A DNA stretch of 64,000 nt from the human T2T-CHM13v2.0 reference genome, Homo sapiens, in NCBI RefSeq assembly GCF_009914755.1, contig NC_060935.1; one strand, given 5' to 3'. The notes under the pieces are model-generated. The model made no database searches. It was not told where the DNA came from and saw only the letters and a program-made list of their open reading frames with translations. Below are positions 1-13,822 of this stretch, piece by piece. Within the stretch, counting starts at the first letter, position 1. Each line of letters starts with the position of its first letter. The translations under genes were made by a program, and so were the position numbers.

Positions 1-383
1 TTGGAGTGGCATTCCAATCTTGCACTTTCAGGGCCCCCTCTGTGGTTCTGAGAGGAGGAAACAGCTCTAACCTTGGTGATCCCGACTGTGCTGGGCCCTG
101 GGTTGTGAGGCAAATGGAGGGCAGAGGCCCTGGGGGAGGACACGTCCCTCACCACAGTCACTCCCCAGTGCAGCAGTCAGGGGATTTCCCAGGGTGCACT
201 GGGCCAAGGGGCCAGACTCTGAAGTTCATGGGGTTAAGGTCTCCCCGCCAGCCAGGTGACGGCAGCCTCCTCGCCTTGCCCAGACAAGAAAGCCTCGATC
301 TAATCTCACTCTGAACTTTTCCCAAGGCTTTTGCTACGCTTTGCTGTAGCTCCAAAGCCGCATTAGTGAGCACCACGCTCCTT

Positions 384-391
384 TATAAATG
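384..391 (+). promoter_or_regulatory. Candidate TATA box (TATAAATG)
   Basis: Exact TATAWAWR match in unique sequence; an AP-1 heptamer TGACTCA lies at 651-657 and a GTG|GTAAGT donor at 816/817. Confidence 0.3.
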
Positions 392-411
392 GTCTGTGAC
401 CCCAGAGGTCT

Positions 412-816
412 GCTCGCTGAGGGAGCTGTCTATTTCGGGCATTGTGGGTGGAGGGGGCATCTCAGAGGCTTCTGGAAAATTCCTGATGGGATTGTGTCTG
501 TGTTCTGTCTCAAGCCTCCAATCAACAGATCAGACAGCTTGTACTCACAGGCCAAGGACACGTGGAAAGAGGCTCAATTTTCTAGATGGGTGGCAACAGC
601 CATGATCTTCTGTCCTCTGGGTCCCCACAAGCCTGGATGAACTCAAGATCTGACTCAGTGGCACAGTGAGGAGACCTTTGAGGCCTCAGTGACCATCCTT
701 GGACTTCACCTCTCACGGCTTTCAGGCAGAGAGGCCCTCCCATGCCCACAACAGGCTGAGCCCAGCCTTCCTCGGGGTTTGCTTCCAGGCCTGACTTTTA
801 CTCCCCTTTCTAAGTG
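412..816 (+). ncRNA. Possible first exon of a spliced lncRNA
   Basis: Starts about 30 nt after the TATA and ends at GTG|GTAAGT; no credible ORF. Motif-only evidence. Confidence 0.22.
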
Positions 817-2237
817 GTAAGTAGCTTGGTGATGGTGGCTGAGAAAGAAACAGAGAAAAAACATGCCTTACAGGCAGAACTGTCATAGTTCTCAAAAGAC
901 CAAAGTCACAAGGGCCTGTGGGTGCCTGCACGGCTGCCCAGAGGGAGGGTGACGCCAGCCACAGGCCCATTGCCTTTGTAGGCCAGGGTCCTGCAGTGCT
1001 GGCCCGCAACGCTTGATGGGAGGGGGCGGCTCTGTCTACGTGTGAAGAGCCCAGGGTGGCTGTAGCTTGCAGCGGATGGCATTCTCAGTTTGCCCGTTAC
1101 TCCCCAGACAAATCTCCCTCTGGCCCCTTTTCCTTTCTGTCTTCAGTGGGGGTCGGGAGGCGGCAGCCCCAAAGACCTCTCCTTACCACCTTGTCTTTCC
1201 CATGGAGGTTCCCATGCAACACTTGTCCCTGTCCCTGAAATTTCAGACTTCTTTCCACAGCGCAAAGCCTCGGGCCTTGAGAAACTGCAGTGAGCAAGGG
1301 GAACCTCACCCCCAAGCTAAGGCAAGAATGCTGGCTCTTCCATCGCTCCTAAGTTCCAGGCTGACCTCTTCCTCCAACTCAACATATTCAAAATGAAACC
1401 CAGCGTCTTTAGCTCACCCTCCTTCCCCGCTGCCCCTGCCAGGGCCATGGCCACACTGACCCACTCCCCCCGGTCACACCTCCAGGCCTGGCAGTAATAT
1501 TGCCTGGACTCCTTGAGAACTGCAACCAGATTAATCGTCCCAGAGCTCCGCTTTGATAATATCACTTTTATAGACACATGAAAGGAAGCATTTAGGCAGT
1601 CAGTCATGCTAAATCTTAACCACCTTTACAGATTTTTTAGTGCAGCCCATCAAAATTGTCACCAGTCCTGAAGGTCCCACATTTATGGTGTCCATGATAA
1701 CACCTCCCATGCCAGAGGCAGCAGCACTTGGAGGTGGTGCAGAGCTGGCACTGCAGGAGCTGTCCTCGCCAGGCCTGATCTCACAGCCAGGGCTGCTTCT
1801 CCTGGTTCCGCACAAAGCCCATGGTGACCTCCTGCACCTCCCACTCCAGAGGCGTAACTGAGCAGTCTGTCTGGGCACCATCAGCACTCCTCTGCGAGGT
1901 GACAGATCACAGCTCTAAAGATGTTGGGCCGTTAGGCATTACCTTTCCAGTCGCTGGGTGCAAGGGGGCCTGGGAGTCCTTGGCAGGGGCTGGCATGGGC
2001 AGGCTGGTCGGGCTTCAGCAGCAGCTGTGGGCCAAACAGCATGGGAACAGTTGTACCAAGGCAGAGATTGGACTAGAGGGGAACAGGAACAGGACCAACA
2101 GTTTTGATTCGCGGGCGTTGCGTTCCAGGTGGTTGTTTTCTGTGAAAGCCCCATTGATGTCACAGTGACGTATAGTAATAATTAAAAAGACAGCACTTGT
2201 AAAGACATAGAGACAGTGATGAATAATCACAATTTGA

Positions 2238-2305
2238 TGAGCTTTGTGGAGCTGGACTCCCTGAGTTCAAAACCTAGCTTCAACACTTACTGGCTGTGGG
2301 ACCGC
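2238..2305 (+). mobile_element. MIR SINE fragment
   Basis: ggactccctgagttcaaaacctagct...cacttactggctgtgggacc resembles the MIR B-box region. Confidence 0.5.
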
Positions 2306-4030
2306 CCGACCTCATCTCCATTTCCCCGGGAAGCCTTCCCTGCCTGCCTTAGTGTGCTGTCAGCTTGGTGTCTTCTGGTCTCCCAGGACTGACCTGTTGG
2401 GTCGTGTACTTGGTGTTTTGTGTATGGCTTCTGTGGTTGCGTATACACTCACGTGCATAAGACGTGTTTTCCCAACTAGTTTGTCATCTCTGAGCGCACA
2501 GACTTGATTTAAATTTCTTCTTGACCCTGCAGTGCTCCCGGGAATGCTGTCTACTTGTTGCGATTTTACTCCCGTGGCCTGTGCTAGCTGCCTGCTTGGC
2601 CGTTGGGACTGAAGGGATGCTCATCCACTTGGCACACTGACTGCAAGCCTGGCACCGGCCTTGCCTTTGTTCTCCCATGAGTCCTCTTGAAGGCAACCCA
2701 CTTGTGGTAGGAGGCGTAGAGTCCAGCAGGGCTCTTGCCCCTTTTGCCCTCCTGAATCATGGAGGAAGAGCTCGGTTCCTCGTCCATACAGTGGGAAAAA
2801 CAAATGAGCAGTTACTTTGGGCAGAGTCCACAGTCCAGCCTGCTTGGCTGCCCGGGGGGAGGTGCCGACTGCAGAAGGCGTGGGCCCTTCCAGGTGTGGA
2901 CTTGGCCCCTGGGCAGTGCGACCTGTGGCCTCCTTACCAATGAAGAGGAGTGGAAAAGATGCTCTCTCTGCTGCTCACGGCAGCCTCAGCCCACACAGGC
3001 TGCTGGCATTTCTGTGCTATTAAATAATTAACTTGGTACTACATAGAGTGAAACGCACATTGGTCTGGTAAAAGGCCTCAATTAATTGCTTTCATGTTAG
3101 CTGTGTACTGTGTCTCCAGGAGGAGATAAGAGGTGGGAATGTGGGTTTTGAAGCCAAGCTGAGAGACACCCTCACAAAAGGTGACAAGTACCCCTCTTCC
3201 CATGTAGCTGGGTCTGTTCACTGACGCAGTGCAGAGGTGGCAGCCGTTGCCAGCTTTGGCTCTGGTTGTCTTTTGGGGAGTAGGGAGGGGGACGTGGGAC
3301 CCAACTCCCTGTTGATGGATGGTGTATGACTGGCTGCCTCGGATGGGCCGACCCAGGCTGTGACAGGTGGTGGCAACATTGGGCTGCTTTTCTGCCACTG
3401 CTCTTGGAAAATGCTCTGAGTCATCACATGCCTGCCTTCTGTGCCTTCTGGAGGCGGCCTTTGCTGACTGCATGTGGCTGTCAAGGCTGGGGACATTCAG
3501 GGCGCCTGCAATGCCACCTAACACACACAGTGATCGGGAGGCGTGTCTCATGGTAGCTTGCACTGTGTGGATTGGTGCCCACCCCACCATGTTGCCCTCA
3601 TGTGGTGTAGTGTCCACCTCCCCACAGGATATCCCGTCCTCAAGGGCAGAGACTGCTTGATTCTTGTGTTTCCTGCCCCAGCTCAGGGTCCAGGGCCCCT
3701 GCCGCTCGCCAGGACTGTGCCAAGTTCCTACAGGTGGGGGTGCAGCGGCCCTGAGAGTAAGCGCTTAACAATGACTTCAAATAAATGATGGACGTTCTCA
3801 GATGTGCCTGAGTGCCCCTTTGGTTTTAGGGACCATTGTGGGCAGTGGAGTTACAGTTAGACCAAGACAGACCAAAGCTCCCTCATAGAGCTTAGATTTT
3901 GGTGAGAGGAGATGTGCAGTAAACAAATACAAAAGGAAGAGACACAGGATCCCAGGTGGTGATCAGGAAAGGACAATAGAACCAGAGGGCAGGAAATGCC
4001 AGGGCATGGGGGATGGGAAGGAGCTGCCGT

Positions 4031-4172
4031 TTCTTTTTAATATTTAATTTTTGTGGGTACATAGTAGGTATAGATATTTACGGGGTGTGTGGGGTATTTT
4101 GATACTGGCATACAATGGGTAATAATCATATCAGGGTGAGGGGGGGTGTCCATCCCCCCCAAGCATCTATCA
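4031..4172 (-). mobile_element. L1MA-family 3' end fragment
   Basis: tttttgtgggtacatagtaggt...tatttacggggt...tattttgatac...aataatcatatcaggg is the characteristic antisense L1MA1-3 3' terminus. Confidence 0.8.
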
Positions 4173-4196
4173 TGTATGGACTGATAGATGGGTGGA

Positions 4197-4333
4197 TCTA
4201 TCTATCCATCCATCCATCCACTCATCCATCCATCCATCCATCCATCCATCCATCCATCCATCCACTCATCCATCCATCCGTCCATCCATCCATTCATCCA
4301 TCCATCCATCCATCCACCCATCCATCCATCCAT

Positions 4334-4369
<36 letters not shown>

Positions 4370-4441
4370 CCATCCATCCACCCATCCACCCATCCACCCA
4401 TCCATCCATCCGTCCATCCACCCATCCATCCACTCATCCAC

Positions 4442-4473
<32 letters not shown>

Positions 4474-4740
4474 CCATCCATCCACTCATCCATCCATCCA
4501 TCCATCCACTCATCCATGCATCCATCCATCCATCCATCCATCCATCCACTCATCCATCCATCCACCCATCCATCCATCCGTCCATCCATCCATCCATCCA
4601 TCCACTCATCCATCCATCCATCCATCCGTCCGTCCGTCCGTCCATCCATCCACCCATCCATCCACTCATCCATCCATCCACCCATCCATCCACTCATCCA
4701 TCCATCCACTCATCCATCCATCCACCCATCCATCCATCCG

Positions 4741-4772
<32 letters not shown>

Positions 4773-4987
4773 CCCATCCATCCATCCACCCATCCATCCA
4801 TCCATCCATCCATCCATCCACCCATCCACCCATCCATCCATCCACCCATCCGTCCACCCGTCCACCCATCCGTCCGTCCGTCCATCCACCCATCCGTCCG
4901 TCCGTCCATCCACCCATCCGTCCGTCCGTCCATCCATCCGTCCGTCCGTCCATCCATCCGTCCATCCACCCATCCATCCTTCCTTCC
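4197..4987. repeat. (TCCA)n/(TGGA)n tetranucleotide microsatellite, about 790 bp, with CCAC, TCAT and CCGT variants
   Basis: Directly visible; produces the spurious PSIH/MDGW ORFs. Confidence 0.98.
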
Positions 4988-5097
4988 AATATTTACTGAG
5001 CCCCCACTACATGCCAGGATGTGTTCTTAACACCAGGGACACAGCCTTGAACAATGCAGTTATAGTTTCTGTTCTCAAGGGGATAGCATTCTAGTGA
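4988..5097 (-). mobile_element. L2 3' end fragment
   Basis: aatatttactgagcccccactacatgccagg...tgttcttaacacc matches the antisense L2 3' terminus. Confidence 0.7.
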
Positions 5098-7379
5098 TTT
5101 GATCCAGTGATATCAACCAGAATTTAAGTTAAATATTTTGGATGTTGATTACCTCAGAAAATGAAAATATCAAGTCTACAAGGAGCCTTAAAGATCATTT
5201 AGTAAAACCCCTTTGTTTTACAAGTGAGGACTCTGAGGGCAGAAAAGAAACACTGGGTGGCCAGGGTTCCCCTGGCTGGACAGCGGCCCAAACAAGATGC
5301 AGCCCAAGTCTCTGGCCGGAGCATTTCCCATCGTGTGGGGCAGCCCCCACAACCTGTGATTTCCGGGTTTACATTTGGCATCTGTGGATGGGTGCTTTAT
5401 AAGGCTGATGTGTACACACTGAGGTCACAGTTGGAAAAGGGAATACAGAGACATTTCAGGTGGCTGAAATCTGGGTGAGAGGGAGCACTTCTAAAATAGA
5501 AACCCTGTATATGGGAGGGACACGTGGTCATGTCTCAGGGAGGGGTGTCTGCAAAAGCCTGGGAGCATTGTCCCAAGGGGTAAGAGCAGATAGGTACACG
5601 CAACTGGCTCTGCAGCGTTCACCAGGCTCCCAGGCAAGGCCAACAAACCCTACATGCCTCTGTCCCCACCCAGGCCTGCTGGCTTACACCGCCCATGACT
5701 GTGCCTCAGGGTCATGCCTCTGCAGCCCCCTGCTTTTCCCGCAGTGCGGCTCCCACCCGGGGAGCTGCTCCTCACACGCAGGCTCTCCTGGGAAGGCTGT
5801 TGAATCGCAGCTGTCCTGGCTCTGCACATGCACATCATCTTTTATTCATTTCTCTCTGATTCCACAGAGCTTCCCAAGCTTGCTGCTTTTTCATGTCATG
5901 GCATGCACAGAAAACAATATTCGAGGGTTGCACTGCAGCAAAGTGGAGGGGACTTGGGGTTCTGTGTGGGACCCGGTCAAAATATTCATTACATTTTTTT
6001 ACATTAAAAGGTTGGTGAAAAATGTTAAAGCACACAGTTTAAAAAAGATATTAAAAATAAATTTGTGTGAGAGTTCTAGAAATCTATAAAAGTATTTAAA
6101 TGAGAAAATTGAGGGCTTTCCTGAGCATAACCTTTTTGAAGTACCCGTTTTGATGCTTAAAAAAATGCCTACAGTGCAATTTATGCCTCGGACTTAGTGA
6201 TAATTTGTTCAATTTCCTGATAGGCACCATTGACTAGAAACTTTGTTCACACAAGTGGGTGAGAAATTTTTGAAACCATTTTTTTAAACAAACATTCAGA
6301 GATTTATGACAGTTGAATTTATATTTAAGGTCTCAAACAGTTCTTCCTCTTCTTTGGCCGACAAAAGTAATGTCGAAATTTCTTGTAATGGATTTCTTAT
6401 TGGACTTTTTTATATTAAGTATTTTGAAATAATGAATGCATGTGCACTGTGAGGGCAGTTAGTGTGCTCCCTGCTGCCAGCTCAGACACCACCAAAGGGC
6501 ACATCAGACAGACACAAGCAGGCAGATGGACCCAGGGTGTGGGTAGGGAGACTAGGGCCTCTGTATACAGCTGCACCTGCCAGAAGCCCCTGTCAGCCCC
6601 ACTCAGGCTGGGCCCTTGGGTGCTGGCACAGACTCCTCCTATGTTGACCAGGGGCCCAGCTGCTGGAGAGGTGTGGTGGCGGCGGAGCACCCCCTTGGCC
6701 GCACATATTGTGCTGGTGGTCCCGTTGTGCCGCAGTGTGCTGAGCCACCCTGAGATGCCACAGCGGGGCCGCTAGAGCTGCAGGTGCTGACCAGGTCCTC
6801 TGTCCTCAGGGCTGGTGGCTGACAGTACTCTGGCCCTCTGATCTGCCCCAGCTCCTCGCTGGGAAGCTTTCCTTAGCATATCGCTCACAGGGGTCTCCAC
6901 AGCCTCCCCAGGTTGCTGAACCCTCTAGCACTTCCCCACCTGCTGCATCTTTGAGCAGATGACGTTTTTCTCCTGGTCATCTGCAGAAGTTGAGATTATT
7001 CAGTAGAACCTCCATTTCTCTTCTTTTATATCTCAAATTCTCTATTCCTCACTTCCCTCCCCTCTCTTTCTTTCCTTCCATTTTCATTTGCAGGTATTTG
7101 CGCACCACCTTGTATTTGGTGGTGGGTGTGGGTGTTGTGGATAAAGAACAGGACAGATCTCTTCTGCTGGGGACTGCCGAGCCTGCTGTGGGAGGCAGCT
7201 GGGACTCAGCAGACTCCCCTTATGTAGGTCCTCTCTCTCCAGCACTTCCCACACATCACTCCCCCACATCTCCCCTCTGACACACTCCCCGGGTCCCTGT
7301 TGTCTATACAATCTCTGTTGCCCCCTTTTATTACTTTGCTGCTGCTCCCTCTAATTCACTGCCTGGGTTCCTAGTGCTC

Positions 7380-7640
7380 CCTGTGGTCCTCCTTGCCCCC
7401 TCAGCCTTCAACTTTTCACCATCTGGGTCCCGCACTCCCCACAAAACAGAAATTGCCTTCTCAAAGGTCACCAGAGACAGAAACGCCAAGTCTACTGCAT
7501 GTCATTGGCCCTCCTCTCCCTCAGCCTCTCTGTGAGATCGCACCCTGATGGTGGCCCTTATTCTTGCCACCTTCCTCCCTGTCTTGGGGATATCACCTTC
7601 TCCTGGCATCCTCCTGCCTCGCTGGAGTTTCTTTTCATCA
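7380..7640 (+). mobile_element. L2 ORF2 (reverse transcriptase) relic
   Basis: tctgggtcccgcactccccacaaaacagaaattgccttctcaaaggtcacc reads SGSRTPHKTEIAFSKVT, similar to the L2 QSGFR..HSTETAL.KVT motif. Confidence 0.65.
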
Positions 7641-8457
7641 CTGTGGGAGAGACAGGCCTTGAGAAGCAAAGGTCACTGTGGTAGGAGCGCAGGCCTGGGC
7701 TAGGGGAAGGCAGGCACCAAGCCTTCCACATACCAGGATTGCGGGACTTCTGTGAGTCACTGTCAATCTTTGGGTTCCCCTTTGGTTTTCACCTCTCACC
7801 ATTACTGGTAGTGAGCACCCTCAGGCAGCAGAAATGTGCTTCACGTTTGTTTAAGAAGCAGTAGGGAACAGGTGAGGGGCCAGATCCTGTTTTCCGGGTC
7901 AGTCATTTGGATCAAATTCGAATCTCCAGAGGCAGCTCACAGCATGGGCTGTCCCTAGAGTCTCCAAGGTAGAGAAGCCACACTCATCTGTCTGGCAATC
8001 CGAGGCCCTCTTGGAAGAGGCCTTGTCTGCACCAGAGCAATCCTCCCTCTCCTGCCTGATAAAGCAGGCTGAGCAGAGCCTCTCTCTTCTGCCCTCTGCT
8101 CCCTCTCTGACATCCCCCCTACCCCAATGGCTTGAGCCTTCTCTTCTCTGCATTTGGAATCCTAATCTGTAACACTCTAGTCCTCTAGTCCTTGTCTTAT
8201 CTAGGTTTTTCCCAAAAAGGGCCCAAGAGAAGGGCTTGGCAACAATCCATTTATTTGGACACTGATACCAAGCAACTGGAGTGAGGGCCTGGGGCAGTGG
8301 CCAGGCAAGCAGAGCTTCTCCAAGGGGACATCACTGAGCTAGCCATCCTCAGGGCCTCTGTGTATGTAGGGTGCATCAGAAAGCCCCCTAAAGAATAGAG
8401 TAGAGAAGTCCAGAAATGCCCCATGGGCATTAATATGCTCCCTGAGTGATTAGAGAG

Positions 8458-9296
8458 TGTATTAGTCTGTTTTCATGCTGCTGATAAAGACATACCTGAG
8501 ACTGGGCAATTTACAAAAGAAAGAGGTTTATTGGACTTACAGTTCCACGTGGCTGGAGAAGCCTCACAATCATGGCAGAAGGTAAAAGGCACTTCTTACA
8601 TGGCAGCGGCAAGAGAGAGAATGAGAGCCAAGGGTAACGGGTTTCCCCTTATCAAACCACCAGATCTTGCGGGACTTATTCACTACCATGAGAGCAGCAT
8701 GGGGGAAACCTCCCCTATGACAAACCACCAGATCTCGCGAGACTTACTCACTACCACGAGAGCAGCATGGGGGAAACCTCCCCTATGACAAACCACCAGA
8801 TCTCGCGAGACTTACTCACTACCACGAGAGCAGCATGGGGGAAACCTCCCCTATGACAAACCACCAGATCTCGTGAGACTTACTCACTACCACCAGAGCA
8901 GCATGGGGGAAACCTCCCCCATGGCAAACCACCAGATCTCGCGAGACTTACTCACTACCATGAGCGCAGCATGGGGGAAACCTCCCCTATGACAAACCAC
9001 CAGATCTCATGAGACTTACTCACTACCACCAGAGCAGCATGGGGGAAACCTCCCCTATGACAAACCACCAGATCTCGTGAGACTTACTCACTACCACGAG
9101 AGCAGCATGGGGGAAACCTCCTCTATGATAAACCACCAGATCTGGTGAGACTTACTCACTACCATGAAAGCAGCATGGGGGAAACCTCCCCTGTGATTCA
9201 GTCATCTCCCCCTGGGTCCCTCCCACAACACATGGGAATGATGGGAGTACAATTCAAGATGAGATTTGGGTGGGGACACAGAGCCAAACCCTATCA
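8458..9296 (-). mobile_element. THE1 (THE1B/C-like) MaLR solo LTR, expanded by an internal VNTR
   Basis: Begins tgtattagtctgttttcatgctgctgataaagacatacc and ends gagatttgggtggggacacagagccaaaccctatca. Confidence 0.93.
8653..9196. repeat. Minisatellite, 8 x 68 bp, inside THE1
   Basis: Unit caaaccaccagatctcgcgagacttactcactaccacgagagcagcatgggggaaacctcccctatga starts at 8653, 8721, 8789, 8857, 8925, 8993, 9061 and 9129. Confidence 0.97.
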
Positions 9297-10211
9297 GAGG
9301 CTTAGGACTTTGAGCCCCTGTGAAGGGAAGCCGGCCTGGAGACTCATCTTGGTAAAAACATTTTTTTTTCCTTTTTGAGACATAGTTCATTCTTGTTGCC
9401 CAGGCTGGAGTGCAGTGACCTGGTCTAGGCTCACTGCAACCTCTGCCTTCCAGGTTCAAGCCATTATCCTGCCTCAGCCTCCTGAGTACCTGGGATTACA
9501 GGTGCCTGCCACCATGCCTGGAAATTTTTTTTGTATTTTTAGTAGAGACAAGGTTTCACTATGTTGGCCAGGTTGGGCTTGAACTCCTGACCTCAGGTGA
9601 TTTGCCCACCTCGGCCTCCTGATTACAGGCGTGAGCCTTGGTGCCTGGCCTCATCTCGGTAAAAACTTGAGCAACACCATTAGATGAGCTCGCAGGCTGC
9701 TGAGCTCCCAGGCTGCTGACCATGTGCAGGTGCTGGAGAGGGGCACCCAGAGAGGGTGCAGCAATGTGCGTCCTCCACAACCCCCACACCTTGTGCACCT
9801 CTGCATCTGGCTGCTGTTCTGTAGCCTTTGTAATTGTGAACCAATATTCAGTCTGTATAATCAACTGGCAAACCTAAATAAAATGTTTCTCCGAGTCTGT
9901 GAGCCGTCCTAGCAAATGATCAGATCCATCGGGGGGTTGTGGGGTCCCTGATTTATAGTGAGTTTGTCAGACACACAGGCCCTAGTCTGACACTTGCAAG
10001 TGGCATCTGAAGCAGGGCAACCCCGTGTGACTTAGCCGGAAACCTGTGGGATCTGATGCTATCTCCGGATGACAGTGTCGGGATTGAATTATTGAACACC
10101 CAGCTGGTGCCCACTGCAGAATTGCTTGGCATGCAGGGAAAACCGCAAACACATCTGGTCACAGAAGCATTCTATGTTGAGTGTGGGAGAGTTCGTTTTT
10201 CCCTTTTCACA
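9297..10211 (+). mobile_element. MER21-family ERVL LTR, interrupted by THE1 and Alu
   Basis: ...aaacctgtgggatctgatgctatctcc...acagtgtc...attgaatt...cacccagctggtg...acacatctggtcacagaag motifs; tgattagag|THE1|gaggcttaggactttgagcccc reads continuously across the THE1. Confidence 0.75.
9361..9650 (-). mobile_element. AluS element
   Basis: Poly-T plus Alu body; 16-bp target-site duplication (TSD) tcatct(t/c)ggtaaaaac at 9344-9359 and 9651-9666. Confidence 0.97.
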
Positions 10212-10436
10212 AAGTGACTTGCCCAAGAACCATTTCAGTAGCCCAATCTTGTCGCCTACTCTGGAACTCACTGGGTGAGACAGGGCCAGCAGTTGGGAGA
10301 GAAAGGGCTGGTGGTGGTGGTGGGTGGGAGGACACCCAGGTACACATTCAGTGAGCTAGGTTCAGAGAGACAAAAGCGGCTGCACTTGCAGAAGGTGAGA
10401 AGGCGAGCTGAGCCTTTGACAGGTGTCGGCAGGTAA

Positions 10437-11159
<723 letters not shown>

Positions 11160-11518
11160 AAATACTCAGAATTTTAAAGTAAAACTGTAATTTGTAAGGA
11201 CTGCATTTGAAGAAGGGAGAAGTATCCTCTCCAGTCAGACTCTGAGGACCAACACATACCCACTTCTGAACGCATGACGATTACAGGCTTTTGCTCATAC
11301 AGAAGTTCAGTTTGAGACCCCTGCAGGCGTTCCCTGCAGTCAGCTGTCGTGAGAGGCCTTGTGACACTTGGGCTGGAGAGGAGATGACCTGTGATACTCA
11401 TCAGGTGAAAGGGAGATACAATATTTGTCTAGTAACATCTTTGAGGCCGATAATGATTTCATAGTGTTTATCCAGGGGAACAAAACATTCATACCCTTGT
11501 TGTTAGTTGGGACTTTGA

Positions 11519-11821
<303 letters not shown>

Positions 11822-13008
11822 TAGAGACTTTGACTTTCTCTCTCTCCTACTGGTGTGAAGCCGTGCCTCATTCAGGGAGGTATGTGTGCCAGTTTCCTCT
11901 TCAAAGGATTCCTACACCCAGAAGAGGAGAAGCAGAAGCAGTCTTCAGGTTCTCTGCGTGCGAGCTGACGCAGCTTACTTTGGGCCAGGTGCACTGGATG
12001 CGCCCTCGCTCCCTCCGTGGGGCCCTGGCTGGTGTCGGAGCCCTAGCGCAGCCATCTCACAGGTAGAAACGCCCGCGCGGGGCGCTCACTGCCTCGGACT
12101 CGGCCCTTCCGCTGCGAGGCCCTGCTGTCTCGGGTTCCCCCATCAGTTTTGGGTAGGATTATCAGAACCCTTCCCAGGAGCGCGCTTGGAGCGCTGTGGA
12201 CACTATCCTCTCCTAGCACAGGTGGCGCGGTGGCTTGGGCCACTTGCTGGCTTCATTCCCTGGCTGGTGTACACCAGGGCAAGCCGCTTCACCCCTCTGC
12301 TCCTTCTCATCGCACCTGCGAGCTGGACACGATGGCAGCACACCCTCGATATGTTTGCTGTGTGGGTTAAATGTGGTCACGTGTGTGGGGCTTTAGGCCA
12401 GTGGCCACCACATGGCAAGACCTCAGTCATCACTTGGTATAAATGTGTCTCCTTAGTGTGGTATAGTCATTTCCTTCCCGAATTTTAGTACCTTTGCAAT
12501 AAGAACATGCCACCACTCCTCACAGTGGCTTTATCTAGGTGTTGGCCATGAAGAGTGCCCATTGCTGGCACTTGAGTAAACATCAGAGGCTCCAGCCCCA
12601 AAACTTGCAGAATGGGTGTCAGTGGCCTAGAAAACCACCCAGAGGACAATACAGGTGGATTTTCTAGGCCCTAGCAATCAGACAGCTGTGGGTGATAGTG
12701 AGTTAGGCATGCTTAGTAATATTCCCAAAGCAAGAGTCAAAAGTAGGCTAGCTCTACATAATTGCAAAACCCACTTAAGTGCTCCCAGTGGCTTCTAGTT
12801 CTCATATTGTTTCCTATAAAACACGGCACCAGCCAGACTTGTGATGCAGAGACAACATTGAGTGGAAAGATCTGAACATCACCAGCTCTGAATGCAAAAG
12901 TGGTACAGCAGACTTTGATTCTGAATGTGAACTTTTAAGAATATCTTACCTTACTTTACAGATATTTTTTCCTTTTACCTATGTAGAAGAGTATATATAA
13001 GAAAAAGT

Positions 13009-13365
<357 letters not shown>

Positions 13366-13474
13366 TCATGTCCTACTTTAATTGGCAATCTCTTTTAAAA
13401 TAAGTAGCATGTAAAACAATGCAATACATTTGGGAGTGTCTTACAAAAAGAATTCAGGCTGATATGCTAATGTT

Positions 13475-13822
13475 TCTTTGGGAGTTTATTGTGTCAGCTT
13501 GGCTGGGCTATGGTGCATGCTGTTTGGTCAAACACTGGTCTGGATATTGCAGTTGGATATTGTAGTTGTGATTAACATTTACAATCAGTGGACTGTAAAG
13601 AAATAAAACAGATTACCTTCCATAATGTGGGGTGGGGGACCTTATCCAGTCAGTTGAAGGCCTTAGGAACAAAACCTAGGGTTTCTTGAAGAAGGAGGGA
13701 TTCAACGCTTACCTAAATTTCCAGCCTGCTGGCCTGCCCTATGGATCTCAGACTTACAACCCCCTGTAATTGCTTGAGCCAATTCCTTAAAATAGTTCTG
13801 TTTCTTCGGAAACCCCTAATAT
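13475..13822 (+). mobile_element. MLT2 (ERVL) LTR
   Basis: tgtgtcagcttggctgggctatgg...tttggtcaaacac...cagattaccttccataatgtggg...cagttgaaggcctt...agccaattccttaaaata. Confidence 0.85.

Noticed and set aside
4115-5094. 280-300 aa ORFs (PSIH and MDGW repeats)
   Set aside because: Translation of a stop-free (TCCA)n microsatellite; open in multiple frames on both strands.
5460-6089. 209-aa ORF
   Set aside because: No recognisable domain, non-ATG start, composition like non-coding DNA, and it runs into an AT-rich probable transposon relic.
12215-12235. CTCF-like AGGTGGCGC
   Set aside because: The 5' half of the motif (CCASY) does not match.
11886-12488. 200-aa ORF over the CpG patch
   Set aside because: GC-rich, stop-poor sequence with a non-ATG start and no recognisable homology.
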